DNA of 39,029 bases, taken from contig JNEM01010206.1 in NCBI GenBank assembly GCA_000697335.1, forward strand, positions 1 through 39,029, given 5' to 3'. Of this stretch, positions 12,988 to 25,856 are shown piece after piece; positions within the stretch are counted from its first letter, which is position 1; each line of letters starts with the position of its first letter. Position numbers and translations under genes: made by a program. The notes below the pieces were generated by a model. It was not told the DNA's origin, searched no databases, and was given only the letters and a program-made list of their open reading frames with translations. Origin of the DNA: Conidiobolus incongruus B7586. Its lineage: Eukaryota.

Positions 12988-14195
12988 ATGAGTACACAAG
13001 GGTCACCACAAACACTCAATCACCACTGGAACACTGTCAATCTACCATATCCTACCAATAATACAAGCATATCACGAGCTCAACTGAATCGCCAATATGA
13101 ATTAAACATTCACAAATTTCCGGAACAAATGGAAGATTGGATAAATCCAGAAACCTTACAATTTCAACTAATTAAACAATGTTTAGTCAATTTACAAGCT
13201 AAAGATTACCGTGTCGAGCAATTGATAGCGAATAGAATCTATTATATGAATCGGAATCAACATCAAACAGGAAAATATTTTCAAAAATATCAACAGGTAA
13301 ATCAGCATAAATTCAATGTTAAAAATTACATTGATCGAATTGAGTTAGATTTTAAGAATTTTTAAAAAATTATATCGAATGGGGCTAGAAGAAGTTTGTA
13401 AAAAATTTCTAGCTTTATTTTATAATATTTCGAAGTAATTATTTCTTTTTATTCAATTAAATTCAAATATATTTATCAGTTTATATTAGTAAAAATCAGG
13501 TCAAAAAATTACCTCCTACTTGGACTCATATACCTAATTTAGATTGGTTGAAATTTGGTATTCAATACTTTACGGGAATTCATCAATTGTGTGCTAAGGG
13601 TTTGACATCGTGTGAACTGCTATTCAAGTAATTATATTATATTGTTCATTCCATCTGTACAATCCCTAATGAATTTTGAAGCTATTTAGTCCAATTAATC
13701 CAAACGCAAGAATATGTCCCACTTGCTGTAACTTTAATGAGCTTAATTTCTAGATTATTCACATATTTAAAATTAATCAAACACGATTCTAAAAAACTAA
13801 TATTATTATTAATCCATTGTCTTAAGATAACTAATGTAAGTATTTGATAATATAAATGATAATAAGTAGTGATTAACGTTTTGCTAGAAAGAGCACTTAT
13901 TAACTGAAGATTGGACATTAAAAGAATTTTTACCTAAAATTGATAAAAAGAGAAAATTAGTAGAATGTAAAGAGTAAGTTATTAATTTCAATATATATGT
14001 ATATATGTATACGTAAATATTTATAATCATCGACTTAATTAGAGATAATCCAAAAGGATTGGATAATAAGCTAAAAAAGAAGAAAAAGAAACCTTCAGTA
14101 TCCAAAATTAATTTAGATGATGATCTAGGAGGTAAAATAAATCATTCAATAACATTGACTAAACCAATTAAACGTTTTTATTAGAACCTGTGTAA
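12988..14195 (+). CDS. RMP1: NEPRO/RMP64 (yeast Rmp1)-like RNase MRP subunit, about 7 exons
   Basis: Hand-spliced through GT-AG introns (first 13297-13348; further donors near 13435, 13628, 13836, 13974, 14132) with the frame preserved. Motifs WNTVNLP, RIYYMNRNQHQTGKYFQKYQQILR, QEYVPLAVTLMSLISRL and C-terminal DDDLGEPV are characteristic of the NEPRO/DUF4477-Rmp1 family. Confidence 0.78.
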
Positions 14196-14390
14196 GTTAA
14201 AATAGAAATCAAAAGCAAAAAAATACCCTTAATTGCCAATGGAAATCTTATTGAAATGATTAATAAACACAAACATGAATACAAATACTATATTAATATC
14301 AAATTTTATATCTAATTCAATTTTCAAAATAAGACCAAATGTTCCAATATATTTAATGATAATAATAAAAATGAATCATGACAGGTTTAT

Positions 14391-17189
14391 TTAATTGAAG
14401 TTAAAAGGTTGATCAAATTTAGGGGGATTAGCAAGTGATTGTAATTCAGCAAAGAGGGCAAACACACGAGGATCAACGTCTTTGGTGAAAGTGATGTTTT
14501 CTAAAGTTACCATGAAAGGCGAATAAATTTCGAGATAATCACGACCAAATTCTCTGAAGCGACCAGCCATAATTCTGAAGAGTGTGTCTTCGGCGTGATT
14601 ACGGCCCTGGCTGTCCAAGTGAACTAAATATTTGGATAAGATAGAGCAGAAGCCTTGGAATACAAGGAAAATGTTATTTTTCAATTCTTGTCTAGCAGAT
14701 GTTAAGTTAGCTTGAAGTGAAGAAATTTCGTCAGCATAAGGGTCAAAATCATCGGTTTGCATAGAGTCCTCGGGTGTCAAACGTTTGATCTGAGTTTCAA
14801 TATCTAAGATCCAATATCTCAGTTTGTTAATTGTGTTTTGTAAAATCTCCCAAATGTGGGCGCGATGATAATGCTGCATAGCATTCTCACTGAATAGATA
14901 ATTGATGATATTTGCGGATGTAATAAGGTTATAGTTGGTAAATTTGTCGAGTTGTATACCCATCCATTGGGGAACAGGAGACCAAAATGATACAACGATT
15001 TGAACGAGATGATCTTTAGCGGCATCACTATCGACTAAAAATTTGAAAATGGCGGAATAACGTTCAATGACATTCAGCATATGACTGAAACTCTTACTAC
15101 CTTGAACGAGGAGCGTTTCGATAGCAATTTCACGGATAAGATCAGATGTCAACTCAGGATTGGCGCTAGCTTCATTAATACAATGCTTAATCATATTGAT
15201 ATCCGCCTTGGATTTGATGAAACCATCTAATTGCTGTTTGAGCTGAGCTTGAGGTGTATTTTCTTCAATATTTTTGAATTTATAGTTGGGTTCTGGGCTT
15301 AAATCACCAATTAAAGCTTGTAAAGGCTCAGGAATGGCTTCTTTAATTCTTTCATAATAAGCAAGACGAATGCATTTTTCTAAAGTTCCAGCAACGAAAA
15401 TTCGACGGAAATCGACAGGTTCTAGGTCCCAAACAGGGCCAAATGATTCAAAATGCCATTTATATTCAATGTGACTAAGGTAATGACTAAACCAATTGTA
15501 GAGACGGTTGATACATCCTATATCGAGATCAGAAATCTGTTCGTAAATACCGGGTACGGCATTCTTTAAGGCATATATAAAAGCAATAGGTGAACTCTTG
15601 ATTCCTTCAACGATTAAAACACCATAGTAAACAGGCTTGTGGCAAGGACTGGGTAATGTTAAAATTTTGTTAAAAATACATTCAATAATAATTTTTTCTA
15701 AGCTTAATAAACTTTGAGGTACAGAAATCTCACCAGCTTCTTGTTCTGGGTCTACTTCTTTAGCGGTATAGAAAGTTTCAGAGGGGAATGATGATGGGAT
15801 AGACAAAACATATTTAATGCATTCTCTACGATTATGTTCCATTAAATCAATGAGGTCGGATATGACATCTGAAATGATATAATAAGCAGGTGATTGGCAT
15901 TTGGTCAAATGTTCAGAGTAGCAAAAAAATATATTGGTAGGAGTGGGATAAGTAACAGATGAGTCGTGAGGAACGGGATTAAATTCAGGAACATCATGTT
16001 GAAGAGCAGATCCCAAAGTTGATTCAAATAAAGTATAGGGTTTGGGAAGAATTTGAGCATCCCAATTCTGTTCTTTCAATTTGAGCATTTGAGCCCAAAG
16101 CAATTCCAATTTGTCACTTGGAACTCCTGAGTATCCCTTTTGATGTACAGTTAAAACTTGTAATCTAGGATCTTGAAGCGCTTTACGAGCACTTATGTAT
16201 TTTTCAATAGATTCGAAAATTCTATTAAAATCATGAGGATTACGCTCACTCAAATCTCTAGCTGCCCAAGGCAAAGAAGCCAACACCAACTCAACCATGC
16301 AATCAATGCGATCCTAAGAATTTGATTAGTACATTTAGAGTAATAAATAATGAATTAAATAATACTTTAATTGGGTTTTCTTCATTTAATACAGATAATA
16401 GGTTATTATAAATAGCAATAAGATTAGAAGATAAAATCATATTTGAGTTAACTAACTCAGCGAAGAATCGAAGCTAAAAATTTGGTTAATTAAATGATAA
16501 ATGCAAAATATAGAGTCTTTTTCTTACTAAAATTTTAGCCCTGCGCCAATCTCCAGTTTCTAAAGCGTGAGAAAAACCAGTAGATGCTCTATTGACAATT
16601 GCACCACCCAAATCATAATTGCGAGCGGTTAATAAGCCGACCAAAGTACCATAGATGGAGGATTTATGGGGTAATTCAGAGATACTAAATATTAAAATTA
16701 GTGTTATTGTATATTAAATGTATATTGTAACGTTTACCATTTTTCAAAAATGTCCAAAATCAAATCTGAATGTTTACTGTAATCTTTTTCTAAAATTTCT
16801 GCCAAAGTTTCTAAATTATTTTGCAAATTTTTTGATATCTATTGGAACTAAAATAAATAAAAAATAATTAACATATATAAGAGTTTATAGTTACATTATC
16901 GCCAACTCTAAGAATCAAATTTGAAAGACGGTGCTCGAAAGTATCTTCTTTAGGGGGTCCCTGATTATAGCCTCTATTTCTATTATTGTAGTGACCTCTG
17001 TGACGATCTCTACTATAGGGCTTATTATGATCTAATAGAAGAATTTAGTATTGAAAATACTGTGATAGTATAAATTAACATACGACCAGTTTTAAAACCT
17101 CTTGAAGCTTTATCTAAACCACATGAACAAGATTAGTAAAACATTATGTAATAGACTAATTAAAAATAAAATATACCATAATAAACCAT
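14391..17189 (-). CDS. STO1: nuclear cap-binding complex subunit 1 (CBP80/NCBP1/Sto1), multi-exon
   Basis: Exons splice to MVYYD...RLSNLILRVGD...ELPHKSSIYGTLVGLL. The large last exon contains ELVLASLPW, WFSHYLS, KCIRLAYYERIK and GSKSFSHMLNVIERY, typical of the CBP80 MIF4G-like domains. The first exons are tiny (13 and 30 nt), so the start is less certain. Confidence 0.93.
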
Positions 17190-18668
17190 ATTGAATTATT
17201 TCGTAAATAGATATAATAAATTAAAGATGGATATATGATGAACTAAGAATAGTATATAAATAAAAGATATCAAAAAGAAGATTGGTATTTTGGTTGAAAA
17301 TATGGATAATATTTTTATAAATGAATATTAAAATCAAAATGTATGAAATTTTGTTATAATCTATTATACCAATGTTGATTGCATCATAAATAATTTTGGG
17401 AAATCCTTAATTTTTACCATTTTTTGATCAGAATGAAATGATTATGGGATTACATGGTTAAATAGTGAATTTCTATAATTATTAATTTTGAGTGAAAATG
17501 TGAGATTAATAACTAATTTTTGAATTCTTTTGTAGTTAAAATATTATAACTAATTATGTATGAATGAGTTATTTCAATATCAAATATATTATATCCGAAT
17601 AAGTATAAAAAGCCAAATTGTCCAATATTTGATAAAGTTAACAAAGTTATTTCAATTTAAGTAATGATCGAAAAATAAGCAAGAAACATTTTTCAATCCA
17701 TTTCACTCAAATTTTTAAACTATGCTAGTAATATTTTTCAAACTTGCCAAAACACGAAAAATTAAAATCCTTATAAATGATCAAAAATTTGATTACCAAT
17801 TTAAGTATATTCTTATTTTAGTTTGTTTTATGTTTTTTAAAGCTAACTGAATATTGAATAAATTATATCTGACTATTTTGATTCAAATGATTTAATTTCC
17901 ATTATATTCAAATCTTAATCATGGAAAAAAATTTTTTGTAATGGATTCAATAATATATCTTCGAGATTTGTTGAAAAAATAAAATATTATACTCTAATAA
18001 TATATTATTATTAAAATAATATATATATGATATTGTAAAATATATATTGTGTAAGTAAATAATAAACTATTTCTGGAATGGCATTGTAAAATTCTGGTAT
18101 TATGGATTCAAGTCAAGTGAAAAAATGTTGAATCAATGAACAGAAACGTTATTTGAAAAATTGTATATTATTAATTATAATTAGAAACTCTCTATCTACA
18201 ATAATTTTCAGTATTGTCATTTTTTGAGTATCAAAGCCATTGAAAGCTTTCCTATATATCATAATAATATCTCAATGATTGTCAATATGATTGAAATAAC
18301 TAAACTGAATCTATTGACTTAGGTAGCTAATACTGTTTTAAAGAAAGTTTGCAGAGCACCAAAATTTAAAGACTTTATGTTTATACTACTCAATTCTTTG
18401 AAGAAATTGTTTTTGAAATTAATTTATTTGAATTAGCTTTAATTTTTACAAGATCTATGATGATACTTAATTAAAATACAATTTTAATTATCAATTTATT
18501 ATAACATATTCAATTAAACTAATATTTTCACTATATTTAATAAAATAAATATCAAACTCTAAAGAAAATTATGTTTATTTATATTAGTCTATCAAGGAAA
18601 GAATTTTATTTAATTATATCAAAGTTCATTATGTAGTAATGGTGTTATTAACTAGATCAAAGAGACAA

Positions 18669-21590
18669 TTATTCATCGTCGTCTTGAGTTTGTAAAGTAC
18701 GTTTCCTAGATTGGTTAACCTTAACAATTTGTTTATATTGTAGTCCTAATGGAGTCTTGAACACATCAGTATCGCGCATAAATGTTTTCTAATTGATATT
18801 GTTAATAAACAGGATAAAATGATACTATAAAGTAACTTACTAAGCTGTTCAAATTGCTAGGATTAAATCTAACATTCTCTCTCTTTTGGTTGACGAAATC
18901 TGAAGTCTCTTTAATCTTGGTGAGAAGGACTTGAACGAACCTTGGAGTATTGGGAGCGGTCTTCTTGGCGAAACGTTTCAACTAATATAAGCTCACGTTA
19001 AAAATCAAGCTTATATAATCAATGAAATATAATGACTTACGTATAAAGTAGTTGGTAAAACGATTTCGGGGAAAGCAATGGAAGTGGACAGACAGGAGAA
19101 GTAAGCCAAGAAACATTCGTTTACTAATCTAGAAAGTTCATCCTAATTAAAATTGAAATTAATATATTTCAGACTATTTAGAAAAAAATGAAAGCATACC
19201 TGATAAGGCTTAGTTCTTAACTGAGTCTTAGGAGCTTTGATAACTACATCGAAATTGAGAGGTTTTTCGGTAGAGGGCTTGGGCTTCTTTTGAAATTCAT
19301 TAGATTCTAAGATCTAATAGCAATTGCATTAAGAAAAAAAGAACATATTAAGTAATATAAAAAATACCTCAATTAAATATGGAGCAATAGGAATATAGAT
19401 CTTGGTAGATTGCATAATGGGAATCAAAGCCTTGATACAGTGGAACTTCAAGGGGAAATACTTGGGACTGGGAATTAAACTCAAAGTTCCGAGAGTAACT
19501 TGAACGAAAGGATAAATCAAAGGTTTAAGAGGAGATTCGCCATTTTCTTGCTCTAATTTAACATTACAATAGCTGCACAATACTTGAGACCAAAAGTAAA
19601 TGCTATGGATGAATTGAAAGTTGTATACTTGTTGGTAAGAGTCTTTGGTTTTGTTAGTAAGAGATGCTCTTAAGTGCATGGCAAGACGCCTGATAAATTG
19701 AAAGGCATATTGGTAACTGACAGCGAAATCTTGACCAAATAATTCGACACCACAATTGCGCATCATTTCAATTTGAGGCAAATTGAAGGCAGTAATGTTT
19801 TTGGTATTTCTGATATAAGACATATATACACCCTAAATAATTTACCATTAAAGATACAAATCAGACAATATGAAATAATAGTTACCTTGAGAGCAAGTTC
19901 TAAGAACTCTTTGGAAGTTCTTGATAAATTCTTGAGAGTAATGAAAGCCAAAAGTCTAACTTTATCATCTTGTGCAGAACCGAATAATTTTAATAAAGTT
20001 TTGACTAAATCTCTAGATAATTTAGGGAAACTGGCGAAATAAACCAAGATGGATTCGAAACGATCAAGCATAAAGGTCAACATAGTGGGCTCAGTTAACT
20101 GTTGAAGCATATGGAGACAGCTTGAGAGGTAAGATTTGGCTAACAAATGAATAGCTTTCCAGTTTTGGTAAGTATTAGGTAATTTGTTGTTATTGGGTTT
20201 AAATTTGAGAGTTTCGTTAAAGAAAGCAGGTACAAGTTTCATTGTCTTGACCATGAGTTGATTGAAAACTAAAAATATAGATGAGAATTTGAAATAATAT
20301 TTTTATCACAAATTTTGATTACCTTTATCGTTGTTAATCTTGTATTTGGATGGCTGAGCTTCTTCACCTTCTTTCTTTTGATCATGAAGATGAGCACCAA
20401 ATTTGAAAGCACTTAACAACTGGTTACAAGCTTTCAAAGATTTTTTCTAAAACAAAGGGTCAGATTTGATTGGAAATCCTATCAATTTAAGGACTATACC
20501 TCCGTAATTTGTTGTTCCCAACCTGAAATCAATTTCAAAGAAACCAAAACAGTTTTATCGGACTCCTAAGTTTGAAAGTCATTTAAAGTCATTTAATATC
20601 CAAGAAAATTCTTACATTAGCATCGTCTTTATCATCGTTATCATCAGCTTCTTCATGGTCGGCAGCTTCATCTTCGTCCTCTTCTTCATCTTGAACATCA
20701 AAATCTAATAAAGCTTTGTCGTTTTCTTGAAGAAATTTGTAGAATTCAGGATCTTTCTCCTTTAAAGCAGCCATATCTTGTTTCATGGATTCAACAGCAC
20801 CATCGACATCTTCTTCATCATTGATATCCTCTTCTTCTTCTTCTTCCTCATCTTCCTCATCTTCTTCCCCATCTTCTCCCTCATCTTCGTCCTCATCTTC
20901 TTCTTCATCATTTTCAGCTTCGTTTTCATCATCACTTATATCCATGGCAGTATCTTCATTATTTTCAATTTCGTTATCATCATCGCCTTCTTCGTCACTA
21001 ACATCCATATCATTATTTTCTTCTTCGTCACTTGATAATTCAACCTCATCTAAATATATGGTTAGAAAATGTAAATAAAAGTCATGAATTATTTAAATTT
21101 ACCCTGAAGTACTTCTAAACCTTCAAAATCATCGTCTAATTTAGATCCTTGACCTTTAGAATTTTTCTATATTAATTTAATTAATAATTACTTGTGAACA
21201 TGTATTTAACCTAATTACTGTATGTTTCAATAGATTAATTTCATTTTCTCCTCTATATTAAAATAAAAATATTAGATATTGAATGACAAATTACAAATAA
21301 AAATATAGTTTTACTCTTCTTCAGAAGATTCTTCAGTTTCTTGAACTCTAGATTTATTCTTTAATTTTTCTTTTTCAGCAGCTAAAAAGAAATTGAAATA
21401 TGAATAAACCGTAATAAAAATAATAATAAAAATAAAAACCTTTTTGTTTTAACTTTTCCTTCTTTAATTTTTCCTTTTCCTTCTTTAAATTTTTGTCCTT
21501 TATAGCTTTATTTTTTCTACGTTGCTTTAAATGACTTTGTAAATGTTTTTTATTGAATTTTTTAGTTCTCTTGTCGGCTCCTTTTGACAT
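18669..21590 (-). CDS. NOC2: nucleolar complex protein 2 (Noc2), multi-exon
   Basis: N-terminal KRTKKFNKKHL, acidic tract, LKEKDPEFYKFLQENDKALLDF, YQYAFQFIRRLAMHLR, PLIYPFVQVTLG, IPSPKYFPLKFH and SIAFPE. Many short GT-AG introns; stop codon at 18669-71. Confidence 0.95.
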
Positions 21591-22180
21591 TATGATTTAT
21601 TGAACCAAATTAAAATCTATATTGAAGATTTTATATTATTTCTATTTAATTCAAAATTTATCAAATTGTCCATTTTAGATTTTTATGTCATACTTTTACA
21701 CTCTCCAAATTATGGGATTATCAATTTTTCCAAATATAGTGATTAACTGTTAACTTTGGATTAAAAATATCTTAAATAATACTCAGTATATCATGCCAAA
21801 TTTCATTAAATAATAATTCTTATAATTGATTGTAATTTTAATAAAATATTTTAAAGCAATTTTAAATATATAAATATTTTTTTTAATTTCGGAGTCAATT
21901 ATTTAATCATAATTTGAATATTTAAAATTTCACGTTGAATGGAAAGATAACTAAAACGATAACAACTAAAATAATGTATTTAATTCAGTAATAAAACACA
22001 TTAAATAATTGACTCAGTAATGAAAGGTAAAATATAAATACTAAAATACCATTTGCTAAATAAATGAATTTATTAAAATCTAGATAATTTGATTTTTTTA
22101 GAATTAATCAAATAATACAAGTTAAAATTAAACCTTAAATCAGCTATTGATTGTTGGTTTATATTCCCTTAAAATTTAAA

Positions 22181-22201
22181 TATATATATATATATATATA
22201 T
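22181..22201. repeat. (TA)n microsatellite
   Basis: Perfect TA run downstream of FCP1. Confidence 0.8.
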
Positions 22202-22300
22202 TTGTTAGATGATAGATTGAATGAGTATCGATAAATGAACGGTAAATATACATTGATGTTTAAATTTTGGGGTAAGGGATCAAAAATAAATATATAAACT

Positions 22301-24879
22301 TTAGTCTGTACCTGAATCTTGGATACCCCGTTGAGTATTGAGATCATTTTGATATCCGTCATTTGGAGATACATCATTTTCGAAATCCATATCATTGATA
22401 GGTGCGTCAGAGTAATCTGAGTCAAGGACCGCCAATCCTTCTTGGAAAAGATCTTTGAAATCTGATTCTATGTGTGCTTCCGTATCTTGTTCAAAGTTCT
22501 CATTTTCATTAGAAGGTTGATAATTAGGTGATTCAGAAGGAGAGCTGACTCCAGAAGGGGTTTCTTCATCACTAGCAAATTGGATTTCAGGCGTCTTTGA
22601 TACTAGATTATCGTCATAAGGAGAGTCAATGTTAAATGAGGAAGATGGTGACCCATTCTCATAATCAGATACATCGCTCTCTTCTTGTGATATTCTATTA
22701 ATAATCTTTTTCCTTAAAAATTGATTGGGTTGGCTTGAATCTCTACGTCTTCTCCTCTTGGTACGACTAGGTGGTCTCAAAGATGGCGATCTTGGTTGCT
22801 TCAAATTTGCGCTATTGGGATGAAGATGCGTGTTCTCATCTTGATTAGAAGGTGATGCATAATCGCTTTGTGTGTCGCTTAAATCGTCATCAGTTTCAAT
22901 ATCAGTAAAGGATTCGCCAAATAATTCTTTAATCTCGGGGTCGTCAAGTGATGGCATCTCATTTTGCCACTTTTCAAGATAATCGTGGAATTCATCTTCG
23001 TTAATATTGGGCTCGACATCCGTATTTTCTGTCTCTGCAGTTTCTGAAGGATCGACTATAATGGGGATATTGCTGGTGTTACTATATTGAAGCATGTCAA
23101 CATCTGGAATTGGATAATCAGATTCATTTTTCTTTTCCCATTGAGTTACAGAATCATATAACCATTTAGAATGTACAACTTTGATGTTTGGCATCCTAAG
23201 TGCTTGGTTCACTTTATGGGTTTGTTTTGTAGCAACTAAATGGGTAGTTTTACTAGAAATACTAGTTGAGCATTTAGCACCAAAACTTTCTGCCCATATC
23301 CATGCATCTTGCCTAGAAGAATATTAATATGAGAAAAAACATAATTAATAGTATATCTTACTTGGTAGGATCAGCATCAATAGGAATGATACCACTAAAA
23401 GTGATATAAACCCCCTTTAGGACCTCAGATTTCAACTTGGGTAATAAAAAGGGAACAGTGGGCACTACGTTATCTATTTTTTGAAGTTCACGGTTGTCTT
23501 GGTACTTGTAAAACATCTCATGCAGACGCTTGAGTTGTTTAAGTATTAACAATAACTCTTTGTCATCTTCAGTAAGTTGAGCAACATGACCATTTTGAAT
23601 AGTATTGGTAATAGTAGGTTTAGTGGCTTGAGGTTGTTTGAGGTCATCATTAGTTTGACTAGTTACTTCGCCATTTACTCCTTTATTTTCGCTAGATCTG
23701 TTCTGATTATTCGAATCGGAATTAGACTCTTCATTATTTTTAGTCTCAGCAGCGGTAGCGGCATTAGGTACAATAGATGTCGGGTCATTTTTGTTAATTT
23801 CAGGTAAGTTATTAGCATTAATATCCCCAGTTCCTGGGAAAAATTCAAAGGGCACTACTCTAATCAAATTTGGTGACCATTCCCAGACATCTGGACGATC
23901 ATCAATAGCGACTACCATGGACTGGTCAGTTGGAAAGAGCCTACTTATTGATTTTGTGGAACTTAAATTCTCGTCTCTGGTAATTACACGTTCTCTAAAA
24001 TATTTATTCTGAGGGTCAATAATCTTGACAACTTCCAAAGCATAACTTCTAACTCCCATGGTATAAATATGAAATTCATAGAGTGGGTCTAATTCTTCTA
24101 GAAACTTCTTAAGAAAAGGACGAGGTTTTATATAATATATATTTGGAGAGTCGTTAAGCGTAAATTTTCCAATATCGTGAGTAGCAGGATAATTAATATT
24201 TTCAGGATCTGACATCCACTCACCAATTTTAGTATTTAATGAAGCATGAATAATTGTTTGGTCAAGATCGATAATTAAAGTTAATTTACGAGCTTTTAGC
24301 AATCTATTAGCATTTTCTAAATCTAACATTTCTGCATTCTATGTAATATAATCAAATTAACAATTTCAAATTTATTGAATTATAATTAACATTACCTTTT
24401 TTGTGGTAGTTATATTATTTGTAGAATGATCAAATTTAATGGAAGCTCTCTCTAATTCATATTTATTATGAGATAAGTTAAGATCTTTACCACAATCTAC
24501 ACAGAGGCCTGCAAATAATGTTTCATGTGTACACTCAACTTCAATTTTGGCGACAAATTCACTAATAAAAAAAACTGAATATTAATGGTTGAAATAAAAT
24601 TGAGAATATTTTAATAATGGAATCGGATAGTGCCACTTACCTCACTGTAATTTCCTCACCTTCTTCAACCAAGATCGATTCCAAAATGCCTTCAAATTGA
24701 GCAGTTAAAAAATGTCTCAAATATTCGGGTTCAGATTCTTCATTTCCATGTCTAGGGTTTAGAGATTCATACAATAATAGATTCGTGTTGTACTTGACTT
24801 CAGAACCAGGTTTTGCCAAAACCCTAATGATACGAGCAGGGAGATGCTCGGCGGGGATACGAACTTCTTGAAATCCCAT
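22301..24879 (-). CDS. FCP1: RNA polymerase II CTD phosphatase Fcp1; exons about 24879-24641, 24561-24396, 24338-23362, 23312-22301
   Basis: N-terminal lipoyl-like fold, CTHETLFAGLCVDCGKDL, catalytic DLDQT, TMGVRSYA, IDDRPDVW, BRCT domain (THLVA...KWLYDSVTQW) and an acidic C-terminus. Confidence 0.95.
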
Positions 24880-25856
24880 TGAAAAAACTAGGACTTAATA
24901 CTAAAGCTTTGGACTAATAATATAGTATAATATAGGGTATTTTTGATTAACTGCTATTTGTTAATTATAAAATATTGAATGAATTTAATAATTTTAAATT
25001 CACAAATAAAATTTTAATAACAAAAATTGCATTCTAAATCTCCATTTATGCTTTCATTGACTGTTATAAATTCAAATTTTGCTAAAAATCCATTGATGAC
25101 ATAACATTCAAAACTCTATTATCCAATCAAACCTCGATTATTAAGTCGTTCCATTTTTAGACCAAATTGAGTAATATTGCAACTTTAGCACATTTTATCC
25201 TCAAGTTGTTTTAAACTATTTTGACTTTAAAAATTTTTATGATTAAATACAAAATCTTTTATACAATTCGTTTATTTCATAAATCATATATATTTTCGTT
25301 TTTTTAATATTATTCAAACGAATATATAGCTATATACTAAAATTTATATGATAATTTATACAAAGTTAAATGATCGGACTAGTTTTCATTTCACCTTCTG
25401 AACAAATCTTTGATCAATTGAAAATTTATTGTTTTAATACAATATTAGTATTTTGTAATATATTTTGAATAATATATATTTCGTTAACTGGTATAGAAAA
25501 TTGTTGATATTTAAACTATATTTTTGATTTATATCAAATTATAAAATATTTACCTACTTGAAAACTTGAACAATTATGCACTTACACAGACTACATATCA
25601 TCTTCCAAGTATCATTAACAGTTTTATTTTATATTATCTAAGCTGAATAATATAAAAAATTCTATATCTATTTTAAAAAATTTAATAAATGATAATTTCA
25701 AACATAACATAGTTCTGAAGATTTTAATTTTTATTCAATTTATTTATTTTATACATTGAAATCAAATTAATAGTTTAATTTATATCATCCAAAATATAAT
25801 TGTAAAAAAAATAATTTATTTTTTTAAACTTGATTGTTAATTAAGTATGTGTTGCT

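Noticed and set aside
13682..14190. Minus-strand ORFs and an IMP-peptidase-like VLIKRLIGL string
   Set aside because: Antisense to the well-supported spliced RMP1-like gene, and the string is followed by a stop.
20778..21078. Poly-Ser and Phe/Ile-rich plus-strand ORFs
   Set aside because: Antisense shadows of the NOC2 acidic tract.
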